A DNA stretch of 64,000 nt from an uncultured Methanosarcinaceae archaeon (lineage in GTDB: Archaea > Halobacteriota > Methanosarcinia > Methanosarcinales > Methanosarcinaceae), in assembly GCA_963727895.1 (NCBI GenBank), contig CAVSHT010000004.1, positions 288,001 to 352,000 of the forward strand, read 5' to 3'. Each line of letters begins with the position of its first letter. Positions within the stretch are counted from its first letter, which is position 1. The notes below the pieces were generated by a model. The model was not told where the DNA came from and ran no database searches. It saw only the letters and a list, made by a program, of their open reading frames with translations. Shown here one piece after another: positions 22,725 through 33,859 of this stretch. The position numbers and the translations under genes were made by a program.

Positions 22725-24647
22725 TCAAGCTGCTGGCATTCCAACTCCAACAAAAACAAGTTTTGTCTCTATGGGTATTGAACCTGCTTCACTCAAAGCA
22801 ATATCTTTTTTATTAACCTCAATTTGGATCTGATCTTTATCAATTCCAGCTTCAGTCATGTATTCTATGACAAGTTTTCTTCCCAAGACATTGGCATATT
22901 CCAGAGCTTCGGGATAGCTTCCGAAAGTTTCTCTTCCTTGAGGTGAGAATAAAAGAACAAGCCTTTTTTTGTCCTTTGAATAAGTATTTTTAATCAGGAC
23001 TTCAATCCTTTTTATGCCTTTACCTACAACAGCGCCAACGGCATTTCCGACTTCGGAATGTTCTGGGATTACAATTTCTGCATCGAGAATTTGCTTTAAT
23101 TCATTAATGTATGCGACTACAGGACCTCCTATCAGTACTACAGGAATTTTCATCCGAAACTGCGTAAATCTATTCGACAGAAGGATTTTTTCTATTTCAT
23201 TAGAAGGCACGTCTTCCAAAATGAAAGATACGAGGTTTAAAGCCATATTCCTTGCAACGTTCTGTTTTATCTGTTTGCAGAGTTTTATATAGTCTGTCTG
23301 AGTATAGCGTTCAAGGATTTTTGCTCCAATTTTTGAGGCTTCCTCATCCCAAACCGTATATTCTCCAAGTACATGAAGAGCATCGGTTGGAGTAAAACCG
23401 ATTGCCTGGATCAGGCGTTTTCTTAGGAGTGAGTCAAGAAGGCCTGGATACAGCATTTTCTTGGTTTCCCATAATATATCATTAAGTGAGGTTGGAAAAT
23501 CTCCTATTTTATTAAAGAGTTCCTTTTCAAGCTTTCCAATATCTGAAGGTTCAGCGCCTGTCCTTACAAATAATTTAGTAGGCTGCACATTTTCTTCAAA
23601 GTTCATGGTTCCTGGAATCCTTCCTTTTTTTAGAGTTTCTCGAAAGCCCGGATATTTGACAGCTGCAACGCAAAGTGGAATAATTCTTCTTGGGCCGATA
23701 TTTATTTTCATATTTTTAATCCAGACATGACTATCCCCTCCCATTGCTGATGTCTCCATCCGGATAGCTTTAACTTTTGTCTGCCATCCTCCAACCACAG
23801 CTCCTTCAGCACAGAGTTCAGGCACTCCTTTTTCAAGCATGGAAACATCTGTACTTGTCCCACCGACATCAATAACTGCGCAGGTTTCAAGTCCTGAAAG
23901 ATGGGACGCTCCTACAAGGCTTGCTGCGGGGCCCGAAAAGACAGATTCGATTGGTTTTTCCAGGGCTTCATTGATGCCCACAACTGAACCATCACACTTT
24001 AGCATCAACAGCTTTGCAGTCATTCCACGTCTGGGTATTTCTTCTCTTATTGAGTGGATAAACTGATTTGCAATAGGAATTAGCTGGGCGTTCAGATAAG
24101 CTGTAATTCCTCTCTCGTAAGCACCAAGGTCGAGAGAAAGTTCGTGCCCACAAACAACAGGCATTCCCGTAAGTTCCTGGATACGGGCTTTAATTGCCAG
24201 TTCGTGAGCAGGGTTTCTAATACTGAAATAGGAAGAAACTGCAAAAGCTGAGACTTTATCCTTGACTTTATTAACAAAAGCCTCCACTGTGTCCATATCA
24301 AGAGGAACCAGTTCGGCTCCATGATGATCGTGCCCTCCTTTTACGATGGTGTAGCAATCAACATTCATTCTATCTGGAATTTCATAATCACCTACGAGGA
24401 TTAACCCTACAGGATAGCCATTTTTTTCAAGAATCGTATTTGTAGCAAGGGTTGTAGAAACAGAAACAATTTTTACTTCTTTGAGATATTTTTTATCCAG
24501 CCCGTCTATAGAACTCTTTATTCCTATCAGCAGGTCGGGATATGTAGTAAGCGCTTTATTCGAATCCATCACTTTGCCATCAGAGTCACGAATAATAATT
24601 GAATCAGTGTAGGTGCCTCCGGCATCAATTCCCATACTATATTGCAC
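22725..24647 (-). CDS. Hydantoinase/oxoprolinase family protein, tandem paralog
   Basis: Same motifs; aligns end to end with 20468..22432. Confidence 0.9.
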   Translation of the reverse strand: MQYSMGIDAGGTYTDSIIIRDSDGKVMDSNKALTTYPDLLIGIKSSIDGLDKKYLKEVKIVSVSTTLATNTILEKNGYPVGLILVGDYEIPDRMNVDCYTIVKGGHDHHGAELVPLDMDTVEAFVNKVKDKVSAFAVSSYFSIRNPAHELAIKARIQELTGMPVVCGHELSLDLGAYERGITAYLNAQLIPIANQFIHSIREEIPRRGMTAKLLMLKCDGSVVGINEALEKPIESVFSGPAASLVGASHLSGLETCAVIDVGGTSTDVSMLEKGVPELCAEGAVVGGWQTKVKAIRMETSAMGGDSHVWIKNMKINIGPRRIIPLCVAAVKYPGFRETLKKGRIPGTMNFEENVQPTKLFVRTGAEPSDIGKLEKELFNKIGDFPTSLNDILWETKKMLYPGLLDSLLRKRLIQAIGFTPTDALHVLGEYTVWDEEASKIGAKILERYTQTDYIKLCKQIKQNVARNMALNLVSFILEDVPSNEIEKILLSNRFTQFRMKIPVVLIGGPVVAYINELKQILDAEIVIPEHSEVGNAVGAVVGKGIKRIEVLIKNTYSKDKKRLVLLFSPQGRETFGSYPEALEYANVLGRKLVIEYMTEAGIDKDQIQIEVNKKDIALSEAGSIPIETKLVFVGVGMPAA

Positions 24648-24995
24648 TAAATGCCTCCAAGTTTTTTTATTTTATTTGGGTCATGAATTGGGGTTCAGGA
24701 GATATTTTTAAATGTTAATATTGCCGGGAATATATTCTATTTAAAAGTATTTTATTGATATGCATGACATGCTATAATTCTTTGAAAAAAAGAAGTCGAG
24801 GGAAAATATAAATATTGTATCTGGTCTTCAACAAAATTAAATACAACCAAGAAAGTTGTGGACATAAGTTGCATCAAACTAAGGGCTTAGAAAGGCCCTT
24901 ACGATGTGTTTTATATTAAAACTATTAGTTGTTTGTTCTTTGCAAGTTATTAACTAATTTATAACCATATTCAATAATTTTTCAAATTTATTCTT

Positions 24996-25416
24996 GGCTT
25001 CGATACTTAAACATAGTTATATACTATTAGAAAGTATATTTCTTCATGAACTGCCCAAGATGCAATAGTTCCAGTCACAAAAAGAATGGTATAGTTGGTG
25101 GGCGTCAACGGTACAAATGCCATGATTGTGGCTATAACTATACAGTAGAGCTAAAATCAACTGCTTTTTCGGCTTTTGTAAAAAGACAGGCTTTACAACT
25201 TTACCTTGAAGGATTGGGCTTTCGCTCAATAGGACGATTTTTAGGGGTGAGTCATGTTTCTGTCCAAAGATGGATCAAGAAATTTGGTCAGGAGTTAGAG
25301 GCTCTAAAAAGTGAAAATGAGATATCTATTGTTGAAATGGATGAAATGCACACTTACATCGTCAACAAAAAAAATATTGCTGGATCTGGATTGCTGTTGA
25401 TAGAGTTGGGAAAAAG
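24996..25416 (+). mobile_element. IS1 left half, truncated at GGAAAAAG
   Basis: Left IR at 24996; insA ORF; abuts the right IR of the next fragment. Confidence 0.92.
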
Positions 25417-25755
25417 GGCATTGTTACTTAACTATATCTAGTTCTTTATTTATTTATTTATTTATTTATTTCATCAATAGAATAACCGAGTACTTTAGCA
25501 TTTCAAGACTTTTTGTATAACACTTTGTCTTTCTTCTCAATCTTGCTAGAAAATGCCTCAATATGCTGTTATATCCCTCAACTGTAAATGTTTCTGCTTT
25601 TGATTGAGTATGACTCTTTTCTGGAAGAAACTCTGCATATGCTCTCCAGTGATCGGTCATCACTTCTCCAATCTCTTTTTTCTTCACTTTTTCCCAGAGT
25701 AGTTTTCCAGTTTCCGTTCCTCTGCTACCAAAAGAGCAGTTGATGAACTTTTTCC
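25417..25755 (-). mobile_element. IS1 right half, inverted, with (TTTA)n expansion
   Basis: Right IR at 25417; fragment starts at GGAAAAAG on the minus strand. Confidence 0.92.
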
Positions 25756-26082
25756 GGCATTGTTAATTAAACATAGTTAACTCTTTATTTCTGTATTTCA
25801 TCAATAGAATAACCGAGTACTTTAGCATTTCAAGACTTTTTGTATAACACTTTGTCTTTCTTCTCAATCTTGCTAGAAAATGCCTCAATATGCTGTTATA
25901 TCCCTCAACTGTAAATGTTTCTGCTTTTGATTGAGTATGGATCTTTTTTGGAATAAACTCTGCATATGCTCTCCAGTGATCTGTCATTACTTCTCCAATC
26001 TCTTTTTTCTTCACTTTTTCCCAGAGTAGTTTTCCAGTTTCTGTTCCTCTGCTACCAAAAGAGCAGTTGATGAACTTTTTCC
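25756..26082 (-). mobile_element. IS1 right half, 327-bp tandem duplicate
   Basis: Near-identical to 26083-26410; same GGAAAAAG junction as the previous fragment. Confidence 0.92.
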
Positions 26083-26823
26083 GGCATTGTTAATTAAACA
26101 TAGTTAACTCTTTATTTCTGTATTTCATCAATAGAATAACCGAGTACTTTAGCATTTCAAGACTTTTTGTATAACACTTTGTCTTTCTTCTCAATCTTGC
26201 TAGAAAATGCCTCAATATGCTGTTATATCCCTCAACTGTAAATGTTTCTGCTTTTGATTGAGTATGGATCTTTTTTGGAATAAACTCTGCATATGCTCTC
26301 CAGTGATCTGTCATTACTTCTCCAATCTCTTTTTTCTTCACTTTTTCCCAGAGTAGTTTTCCAGTTTCTGTTCCTCTGCTACCAAAAGAGCAGTTGATGA
26401 ACTTTTTTCCAACTCTATCAACAGCAATCCAGATCCAGCAATATTTTTTTTTGTTACCGATGTAAGTGTGCATCTCATCCAGTTCAACAATAGATATCTC
26501 ATTTTCGCTTTTTAGAGCCTCTAACTCTTGACCAAATTTCTTTATCCATTTTTGGACAGAAACATGACTCACCCCTAAAACTCTTCCTATTGAACGAAAG
26601 CCCAATCCTTCAAGGTAAAGTTGTAAAGCCTGTTTTTTTACAGAGGCGGAAAAAGCAGTTGATTTTAGCTCTACTGTATAGTTATATCCACAATCATGGC
26701 ATTTGTAGCGTTGACGCCCACCAACTATACCGTTCTTTTTGTGACTGGAACTATTGCATCTGGGATAGTTCATGAAGAAATATACTTTTTAATAATATAT
26801 AACTATGTTTAAGTATCAAAGCC
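26083..26823 (-). mobile_element. Full IS1-family element encoding an in-frame fused 227-aa transposase (26090..26773)
   Basis: A9 instead of A8 at the slippery site; DDE-like motifs intact; first Zn-finger Cys changed to Tyr. Confidence 0.95.
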
Positions 26824-26906
26824 AAAAAATTTAAGTTTTCTATGTTACAAAAAATATTATGAAATAGAGTTTCAAACTCATGAACTCTGATAAAAGCCCA
26901 ACAAAT

Positions 26907-28583
26907 TTACAAATAAGCATGTGTGACATAACGCCGCATCATCCTGTGGCTATTGAAATAGTAGGCTATCATACCTATGGAATTATTGATTAGCTTAACC
27001 CACTCATCCTTGCGGTCATAATACATAGGAACAATTATATAATACAATTTATTGTAAAGATCGCTAAGTTCAGCAGCCTTTGCTTCTTCTTCAGAAAGGT
27101 TTTCTTCGGGCTGAGGACCCATTGCCCAACCTGTTACGCCTTCAATCCATCCTTCGATCCACCAGCCATCGAGTACACTGAAATTCACAACTCCATTGTG
27201 AGCAGCTTTCATGCCGCTTGTACCAGAAGCCTCATACGGTCGAGTTGGAGTGTTGAGCCAGACATCAACCCCGGATATCATTTTTGCAGCAAGGTCCATA
27301 TCATAATTTTCCAGAAAAACAATCTTTATATCTTTTCTCAGAATTTCTATTTTTTTGAAAATCTCTCTAATAATCTGTTTTCCGGCTTCGTCACGTGGAT
27401 GGGCTTTTCCTGCAAAAATAAGCTGGATTTTACCTCTTCTATTTATTTTTTTGAGACGCTCAAGATCAGACAGAACAAGGGTTGCACGCTTGTATTCAGT
27501 CATGCGCCTTGCAAAGCCGATTGTCAGGACATCATATTCCATACCCACGCCTGTCCTTTTGTTCACCTCATCGATAAGAGCTTTTTTTGCGTCCCAACGG
27601 GCTTCCCATATCTCACTATCCGGAATTCCATCTATCCTTACCAGAAGTTCAGGTTCATTTGCCCAGCCAGGGAGATAACGATCATAAAGTTTCCTGAAAT
27701 AAGGAGAAGTCCAGGTATACGAATGAACGCCGTTTGTTATTGCCTGGATTTTATAACCTGGAAAGAGTTCACTTGAAATCTTGCTGTGCCTTTTTGTAAC
27801 TCCATTAATATAGTTCGACAGGTTAAGGGCAAAAAGGCTTGTATTAAAGCGGTCAACTCCTCCAAATCTTTTGAGAATTCCCACATCGTTTTTGTCCCAA
27901 AAAAGATCTTCTACAAGCCCGTAATCAAACTTATCGTGTCCAGCCTCTACAGGGGTATGAGTAGTAAAAATACAAAGCTCCTTCACTTTCGCAGGATCAG
28001 TACCGTTACGAGTAAGAAGTTCCAGTCCCAAAAGGCTTGAATGTCCTTCATTCATATGGTATTTTCGAACCTTGAAGCCCAGAGCAGAAAGCATCCGAAC
28101 TCCTCCTACCCCCAATACAATCTCTTGCTTGAGCCTGTAGCGCTGATCCCCTCCATAAAGAAAATCCGTGATCCTACGATCTTCCGGCTCATTTCCATCG
28201 ACATCAGTATCGAGAAAAATTATGGGCACACAGCCTCCTGTAAGACTTTTACAGTTATACATCCATGCCCTGATTTTGACGTCTCGATTTTGAATTTTTA
28301 CACTTACCTTTTCTTCAAGAAGCGTCATAAAGCGTGCAGGATTCCATTCTTCAGTATGTTCGACCTGGTTTCCGGAAGAGTCAAAAATTTGTCTGAAATA
28401 ACCTTTATTGCTTACCAGTGTTACCGCTACCAAAGGAATATTTAGATCCGCAGCCGAGCGAATAGTATCTCCTGCAAGTACACCCAAACCACCTGCATAA
28501 GTAGGTATTTCACTTTTAAGTCCAATTTCCATAGAAAAATAAGCAATCTTCTGTCCCTTTAATACACCTTCAAGGTCATCCAT
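26907..28583 (-). CDS. glgP: Alpha-glucan (glycogen/maltodextrin) phosphorylase
   Basis: YAGGLGVLAGD, NEGH, EASGTSGMK (PLP lysine). Confidence 0.93.
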   Translation of the reverse strand: MDDLEGVLKGQKIAYFSMEIGLKSEIPTYAGGLGVLAGDTIRSAADLNIPLVAVTLVSNKGYFRQIFDSSGNQVEHTEEWNPARFMTLLEEKVSVKIQNRDVKIRAWMYNCKSLTGGCVPIIFLDTDVDGNEPEDRRITDFLYGGDQRYRLKQEIVLGVGGVRMLSALGFKVRKYHMNEGHSSLLGLELLTRNGTDPAKVKELCIFTTHTPVEAGHDKFDYGLVEDLFWDKNDVGILKRFGGVDRFNTSLFALNLSNYINGVTKRHSKISSELFPGYKIQAITNGVHSYTWTSPYFRKLYDRYLPGWANEPELLVRIDGIPDSEIWEARWDAKKALIDEVNKRTGVGMEYDVLTIGFARRMTEYKRATLVLSDLERLKKINRRGKIQLIFAGKAHPRDEAGKQIIREIFKKIEILRKDIKIVFLENYDMDLAAKMISGVDVWLNTPTRPYEASGTSGMKAAHNGVVNFSVLDGWWIEGWIEGVTGWAMGPQPEENLSEEEAKAAELSDLYNKLYYIIVPMYYDRKDEWVKLINNSIGMIAYYFNSHRMMRRYVTHAYL

Positions 28584-28896
28584 AGTCTCAAATTCACCTC
28601 TTTTGAGATTTTATGTAGATGTCTGTAAAAGTATGTTATCGATTATATATTATAGTTTTCAACGCAACTGATAAAACTTATTAATGGTTCTATTTTTTAA
28701 TGATAGGAGATTGAAACATAAATACATGGAAGAGAAGGAAAAAATTGGTATTAACCGAAAATAAGAGGATTGAAAATCAAAGTTGCACTGACGCATCCCT
28801 CTGCGCTCCTAAGGTAATAAAAAGTGTAAAATGACAATTTCTGCTGAATATATATTTGCTGATGTTTCCTTTACATGCTCTAACCTCTCATGTGAT

Positions 28897-29616
28897 CTAC
28901 TCTTTCACATGATCTAATTTTTCATATTGAACCATGATTTTCCCGTCTACAAGCCTGATAATCCTGTCAGCTTTTAAAGCCATATCATCGTCATGAGTAA
29001 CCACAATGAAAGTCTGATTATACTCCTTGTTCAGCCGCCTGAGCAATTCATAAATCATTTCACCCGTTTTTGTATCAAGATTGCCTGTAGGTTCATCCCC
29101 GAGCACTATTGCAGGGGAACAGCTCAATGCTCTTGCTCTTGCAACCCTCTGATTTTGCCCTCCTGAAAGTTCACCGGGTTTATGATTCATCCGGTTTTCA
29201 AGATCGACTTCTTGAAGGAATTTTTCGGCAACTTCTTTTGCTTCTTTCCTCTTTTTTCCAGCAATTAAAAGAGGCATCATTACATTTTCCAGGGCTGTAA
29301 AATCAGGAAGCAAATGATGGTACTGGAAAACAAAACCAAGCATCCGATTTCTTATTTCAGAACGTTCTTTGTCAGAGAGATTTGTCACATCCTTTCTGTC
29401 TATTAGTAAGGTGCCTGAGGTAGGAGTATCCATAAGGCCGATAAGATGCATAAGTGTGCTTTTACCTGAACCTGATGGCCCAACAATTGCCACGAATTCT
29501 CCCTTTTTTATTTTTAGATTCCCATTATCAAGAGCATAGAATTCAATTCTATTTTTATAAGTTTTTGTTAGATTTTTAAGCTCTATTATTGGGCTTTCGT
29601 CTGTCATAATTTTCAT
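28897..29616 (-). CDS. ABC transporter ATP-binding protein (LolD/MacB-like)
   Basis: GPSGSGKST, LSGGQ, DEPTGNLD, VTHD. Confidence 0.9.
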   Translation of the reverse strand: MKIMTDESPIIELKNLTKTYKNRIEFYALDNGNLKIKKGEFVAIVGPSGSGKSTLMHLIGLMDTPTSGTLLIDRKDVTNLSDKERSEIRNRMLGFVFQYHHLLPDFTALENVMMPLLIAGKKRKEAKEVAEKFLQEVDLENRMNHKPGELSGGQNQRVARARALSCSPAIVLGDEPTGNLDTKTGEMIYELLRRLNKEYNQTFIVVTHDDDMALKADRIIRLVDGKIMVQYEKLDHVKE

Positions 29617-29678
29617 GCCTCAGTAGAGTTATTAAAATATAAACAGTCTGAGTTTGCCAACCGTTTAGTAAATCATTT

Positions 29679-30319
29679 TCAGGAACTTTCTATAGCTTTT
29701 ACAGGATCAAGCTTTGCAGCCTTTCTTGCAGGATAGATCCCTGAGATGATGTTAATGATAAAAGCAAAGAAAGCAGCATATACGAAGTTTATAGGTTCGA
29801 TCTCAAGAGGAAGAGTCTGTAGCCCGAAATACATTTCCTGAGGAACTGCGATTTTATAACTCTGAAGAGCAATGGTTGCAATATAACCAAGAACAGTGCC
29901 CAAAACTAACCCAATAGTTCCAAGAATTACTGACTGAAAAAGAAAGACGATCATTATGCTTTTTTGAGAGGCTCCCATGGCTTTTAAGATACCTATTTCT
30001 GGTGTCCTTTGGGCAACAATGGCAATCAGAGTATTTGCAATTCCAAAACCTGCAATCCCGTAAATGAGAATATAGAAAACATTTACGAAAACCTTCTGAG
30101 TGTTTAGAAGATTCAGAATTTCTGCATTTGTTTCTGAGGATTGACAACAATATGAGGATTGTTTTCAATGCTGGATTTTAGAAGCTCTCCTTGAAAGCCA
30201 GAAAGCATTGCCATCATTACTGTAATTCCAGCTACGGCAAGGGCGACTGCAAGTATGGCAAAAAAAGTCTGCCTTTTTCGGGAAAAAACTTGCTTCAAAG
30301 CAATTCTCAATTCATACAT
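29679..30319 (-). pseudogene. FtsX/LolE-type ABC permease with large internal deletion and frameshift
   Basis: N-terminal 68 aa and C-terminal MGAS..YPARKAAKLDPV portion lie in different frames; the extracytoplasmic domain is missing. Confidence 0.8.
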
Positions 30320-30443
30320 CCGGATAAGCTCCTAGAAATGATACATCTTAGAGCTTTTAGTCAATTGGAGATTCCATAATTTCCAGAATATTCAATTTGT
30401 TAGAATATTATATTCGTAAATTTTAATGTGACTAACATTTTAA

Positions 30444-31245
30444 CCTGAGTTTGACAATTAGATAAAAATAAGTGCTCTTTGTTTTGTTTTATTCGGTCCA
30501 ATGAATATAAAAACAAAAATAAGAGCATTTCCAACTATTCCCAACAAGAATATATGTGTTCCGATCGGATCGATGCTTGCTGTCCAATACTTTTATGAAA
30601 AACTTAATTTCTCTGATATTTTTAGCAAGCATGAAAGCCAGGGTTTGGATTTCAATAGCTTGTTAATAGGTTTGGTGAGCTATAAGCTCACCGAGAACTT
30701 TAGCATTAAAGAAACTGGTAAATAGTTAAATCAGGACGAAATTCTCGAGATTTTGAATCTAGAGAGTTTTCATGAAAAAGTCCTTTACTGGACCCTTGAA
30801 ATCCTGGGACGTAATAAAGAAGAAATTATCTCAGCTATTTTAGGTAATCTTTTTTTAGTATATGGTTTTGAAGAGACAGATATAAACCTGGACTGGACAA
30901 GTATTGTTCTTCACGGAACTAAAGCCAAGCTTGGTAAATACGGGTATAGCAGAGATCATAGACCTGATAAGCTTCAGATAACAGTTGGAGTCAGTGAACT
31001 CAAAAAGCCAATTAATATACCCATTGGAATTACAGTCAACAAAGGAAATGTTCTTGATCTGTAACATTTTCCTGAGACTTATAACCAGGTAAAAAGTAAG
31101 CTCAAAAAAGGGTCTTTTATTGTTTTTGATAAAGGTGCTAATACAGTTGACAACATTAAGTTAATACAGGAAGATGAGATGACGTATCTTACTTCCATGA
31201 AACTGAATTCAAGTGACGAGAAAATCATTGAGAAATTTCATCTTT
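30444..31245 (+). mobile_element. IS1634-family element, 3'-truncated, with internal stops
   Basis: End CCTGAGTTTGACA; GYSRDHRPD; TAG at 30723 and TAA at 31062; right boundary approximate. Confidence 0.85.
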
Positions 31246-31292
31246 AGATATGATGAAAGTTTCTCTACAATTATGAAATTCTTCAAATATAG

Positions 31293-32453
31293 TTAGAATT
31301 TCAATTTTTTCATCCTTTCTACAGCTTCTTTAATCCTGTCAACAGGCTTTGTAAGAGCAAACCTGATGTAACCTTCTCCAGCGTCTCCAAATCCTACACC
31401 AGGAGTTGCAACGATTCCTGCTTCTTCAAGCAAGATTTTTGCAAAGCTGATTGAGGTGAAACCTTTCGGAACAGGAGCCCAGATATAGAAAGTAGCTTTT
31501 GGTGGCTTTACTTTAAGGCCCATAGCTGTAAGTCCTTCTATGAGAGCATCCCGCCTCTCCTGATAGACCTTATTTGTTTCTTTTACACAATCCTGAGAAG
31601 AGCAGAGGGCTGCAATGCCTGCGATCTGAATAGCATCAAAGACGCCTGAATCGACATTGGACTTAACCTTACCAAGACCTTTTATAAGATCTTTGTTTCC
31701 AACTGCAAACCCAAGCCTCCAACCTGTCATGTTATAGGTCTTGGAATGCGAATATAGTTCCATTCCAATGTCCATTGCCCCGGGAACTGCAAGGAAAGAA
31801 GGAGACTCATACCCGTCGTATGCCATCTGGCAGTAGGCATTGTCATGCACAGCAATAATGTCGTTCTTTTTGCAGAACTCAACGACCTTTTCAAAAAACT
31901 GCATATCTGCGGTTGCAGCCGTTGGGTTATTAGGATAATTAAAGAAGAAAAGTTTTGCTTTTTTCAGGACATCTGCTGGAGTTGAGTCAAGATCAGGCAA
32001 GAAATTATATTCAGCAGTCAGTGGCAATGGATAAGGCTCTCCACCCGCAAACATTGTTCCTATTTTGTAAACTGGATATCCAGGCTCAGTGTAGAGCACG
32101 ACATCGCCGGGGTTGACAAAAGCGAGTGGGATATGCGCTACTGCTTCCTTTGACCCGAGCAGGGAAAGGACTTCAGTTGCAGGGTCAAGTTCAACCCCTT
32201 TGTATTTTTTACACCAATCTGCCGCCGCTTTCCTGAAATCCGCTCTTCCAGCGTAAGACGGATACTGGTGCGTTTTTGGATCGCAAACAGCTTCTCGCAT
32301 AGCCTCGACAATGTGAGGGTGTGTCGGCATGTCAGGATCTCCAACACCAAGGTCGATGACGTCAACTCCCTTGGCAATTAATTCGTCTCTTGCTTCATCT
32401 ATTGTAGCAAAAAGGTATGGGGGTAATGCATTGATTCGATCAGAGTATATCAA
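31293..32453 (-). CDS. dapL: LL-diaminopimelate aminotransferase
   Basis: PPYLFA, DLGVGDPD, NYPNNPT, SHSKTYNMTGWR. Confidence 0.85.
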   Translation of the reverse strand: MIYSDRINALPPYLFATIDEARDELIAKGVDVIDLGVGDPDMPTHPHIVEAMREAVCDPKTHQYPSYAGRADFRKAAADWCKKYKGVELDPATEVLSLLGSKEAVAHIPLAFVNPGDVVLYTEPGYPVYKIGTMFAGGEPYPLPLTAEYNFLPDLDSTPADVLKKAKLFFFNYPNNPTAATADMQFFEKVVEFCKKNDIIAVHDNAYCQMAYDGYESPSFLAVPGAMDIGMELYSHSKTYNMTGWRLGFAVGNKDLIKGLGKVKSNVDSGVFDAIQIAGIAALCSSQDCVKETNKVYQERRDALIEGLTAMGLKVKPPKATFYIWAPVPKGFTSISFAKILLEEAGIVATPGVGFGDAGEGYIRFALTKPVDRIKEAVERMKKLKF

Positions 32454-33859
32454 ATAAAGTCACCTAAAGATGATTGGCATGCTTAAGTGAACCATAGTTA
32501 CGGTATTTTGAATATTAAAATGTATGGGATGAAGATACGTGAAGTGGAAATTGAAAATTAAACTTGGTATAAGTATGGTTAACAGAAGTAAATTAAGAAG
32601 CATCTACAGATTTGTTGCTTTTTAGGAACTTGTTGCTTTTTAGGAACGGTTCATCCGAGTTTTTAACAGGAACTTTATCTAGTCTTGGATTCTATTAACT
32701 GAAACTCTAAATATTTATTATTATTTATAAGGGTTGTATTTTGCTCTAGGACCAATAAAAACTCTTAGTGGTAAAGTTTCTGAGGTTACAGCTGCATGAA
32801 TTTTTATTCTTTTCTTTTAAATATTCGATAGATTTCATTAACTAAAGATTTGATAATAATTTTCATAATTAATATTTTAATGTTGTCTGAGAAAATAACA
32901 TTTAGTACGGAAATATTATTTGTTCGTAACCAATTTTTCATATAATTAATTTTAAATAAATTTGAAAACTATTATAATTTGTAACCACCATAAAATAAGA
33001 GTAGATCAAAAAGAGTATCTTAGACCATGTAAGACAAAATTAGACCATGTAAGACAAAATGGATGGATCAACACAAGTGGAGAAATAGAGAACTGACTGG
33101 TAGGATATGTGAGTAAAGAATTGCCTGGAAGAAGTCCTAATCCAATAAATATATTGATGCGGTATATTTTTTGGATTATTTTATCGGGGGATAGAATGAC
33201 AGGAATAAAAATCTTCCAGGCTTCCTTTAATCAATTCTATTATGATTTTCCCTCTTTTTCATTAATTAAGATATTCACTATTTGGGATATTTGTTAAAAC
33301 AATAATTTTTCTGCTTCTTTTAGGCATCATATACAATAAATTATTTTAGATAATGAGGTTTTCATTTCCGAAAAAATTGATTTTGAAAATCTAAATATTT
33401 TTGATTTATTATTTGTGAATATTCTGGCTATGTAGAAATTCTCTCATTTCTATTTTTGCCCAAAATATTATTATATTAAAAAAGTAGAATTCTCATACAG
33501 TGATCAATTGATGAGAATTCCTGTACAATATTTTTGTCTGATCTTGTTTGCTATGCTTTAGGTATGTAAACATAAGATAAAAACGATATATAATTACCTG
33601 AAATTAAATTTTAAGCATTTATGGATATTGGTTAACGTTAAAATGTTTAACGAGAGTAATTATTTTAACGGTATTACCTATTTTTTATTGGAATAAATAA
33701 TTTAAATGGAAAAATTGAAAAAAATTAAGCTCAATTTTTCGGCAATAAATGAAGTCTCTGTATATAGTCTCATAGACCTTGGCATTTGTGTATAGTTTCA
33801 TTACCCGATACTATTCCTAAAAAATGTATACTTGTTTTATTTTCTTTAATTCCAAAAAA

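Noticed and set aside
25417..26410. CRISPR-like or regular repeat array
   Set aside because: The units are 327-339-bp IS1 halves with no spacers
132..30725. Pyrrolysine read-through rescuing transposases with TAG (132, 30723)
   Set aside because: The same copies carry other disabling changes (E>K, TAA, truncation)
32611..33061. Short direct repeats (18-bp and 20-bp pairs) as a mini-CRISPR
   Set aside because: Only two adjacent copies each and no spacers; these look like slippage duplications
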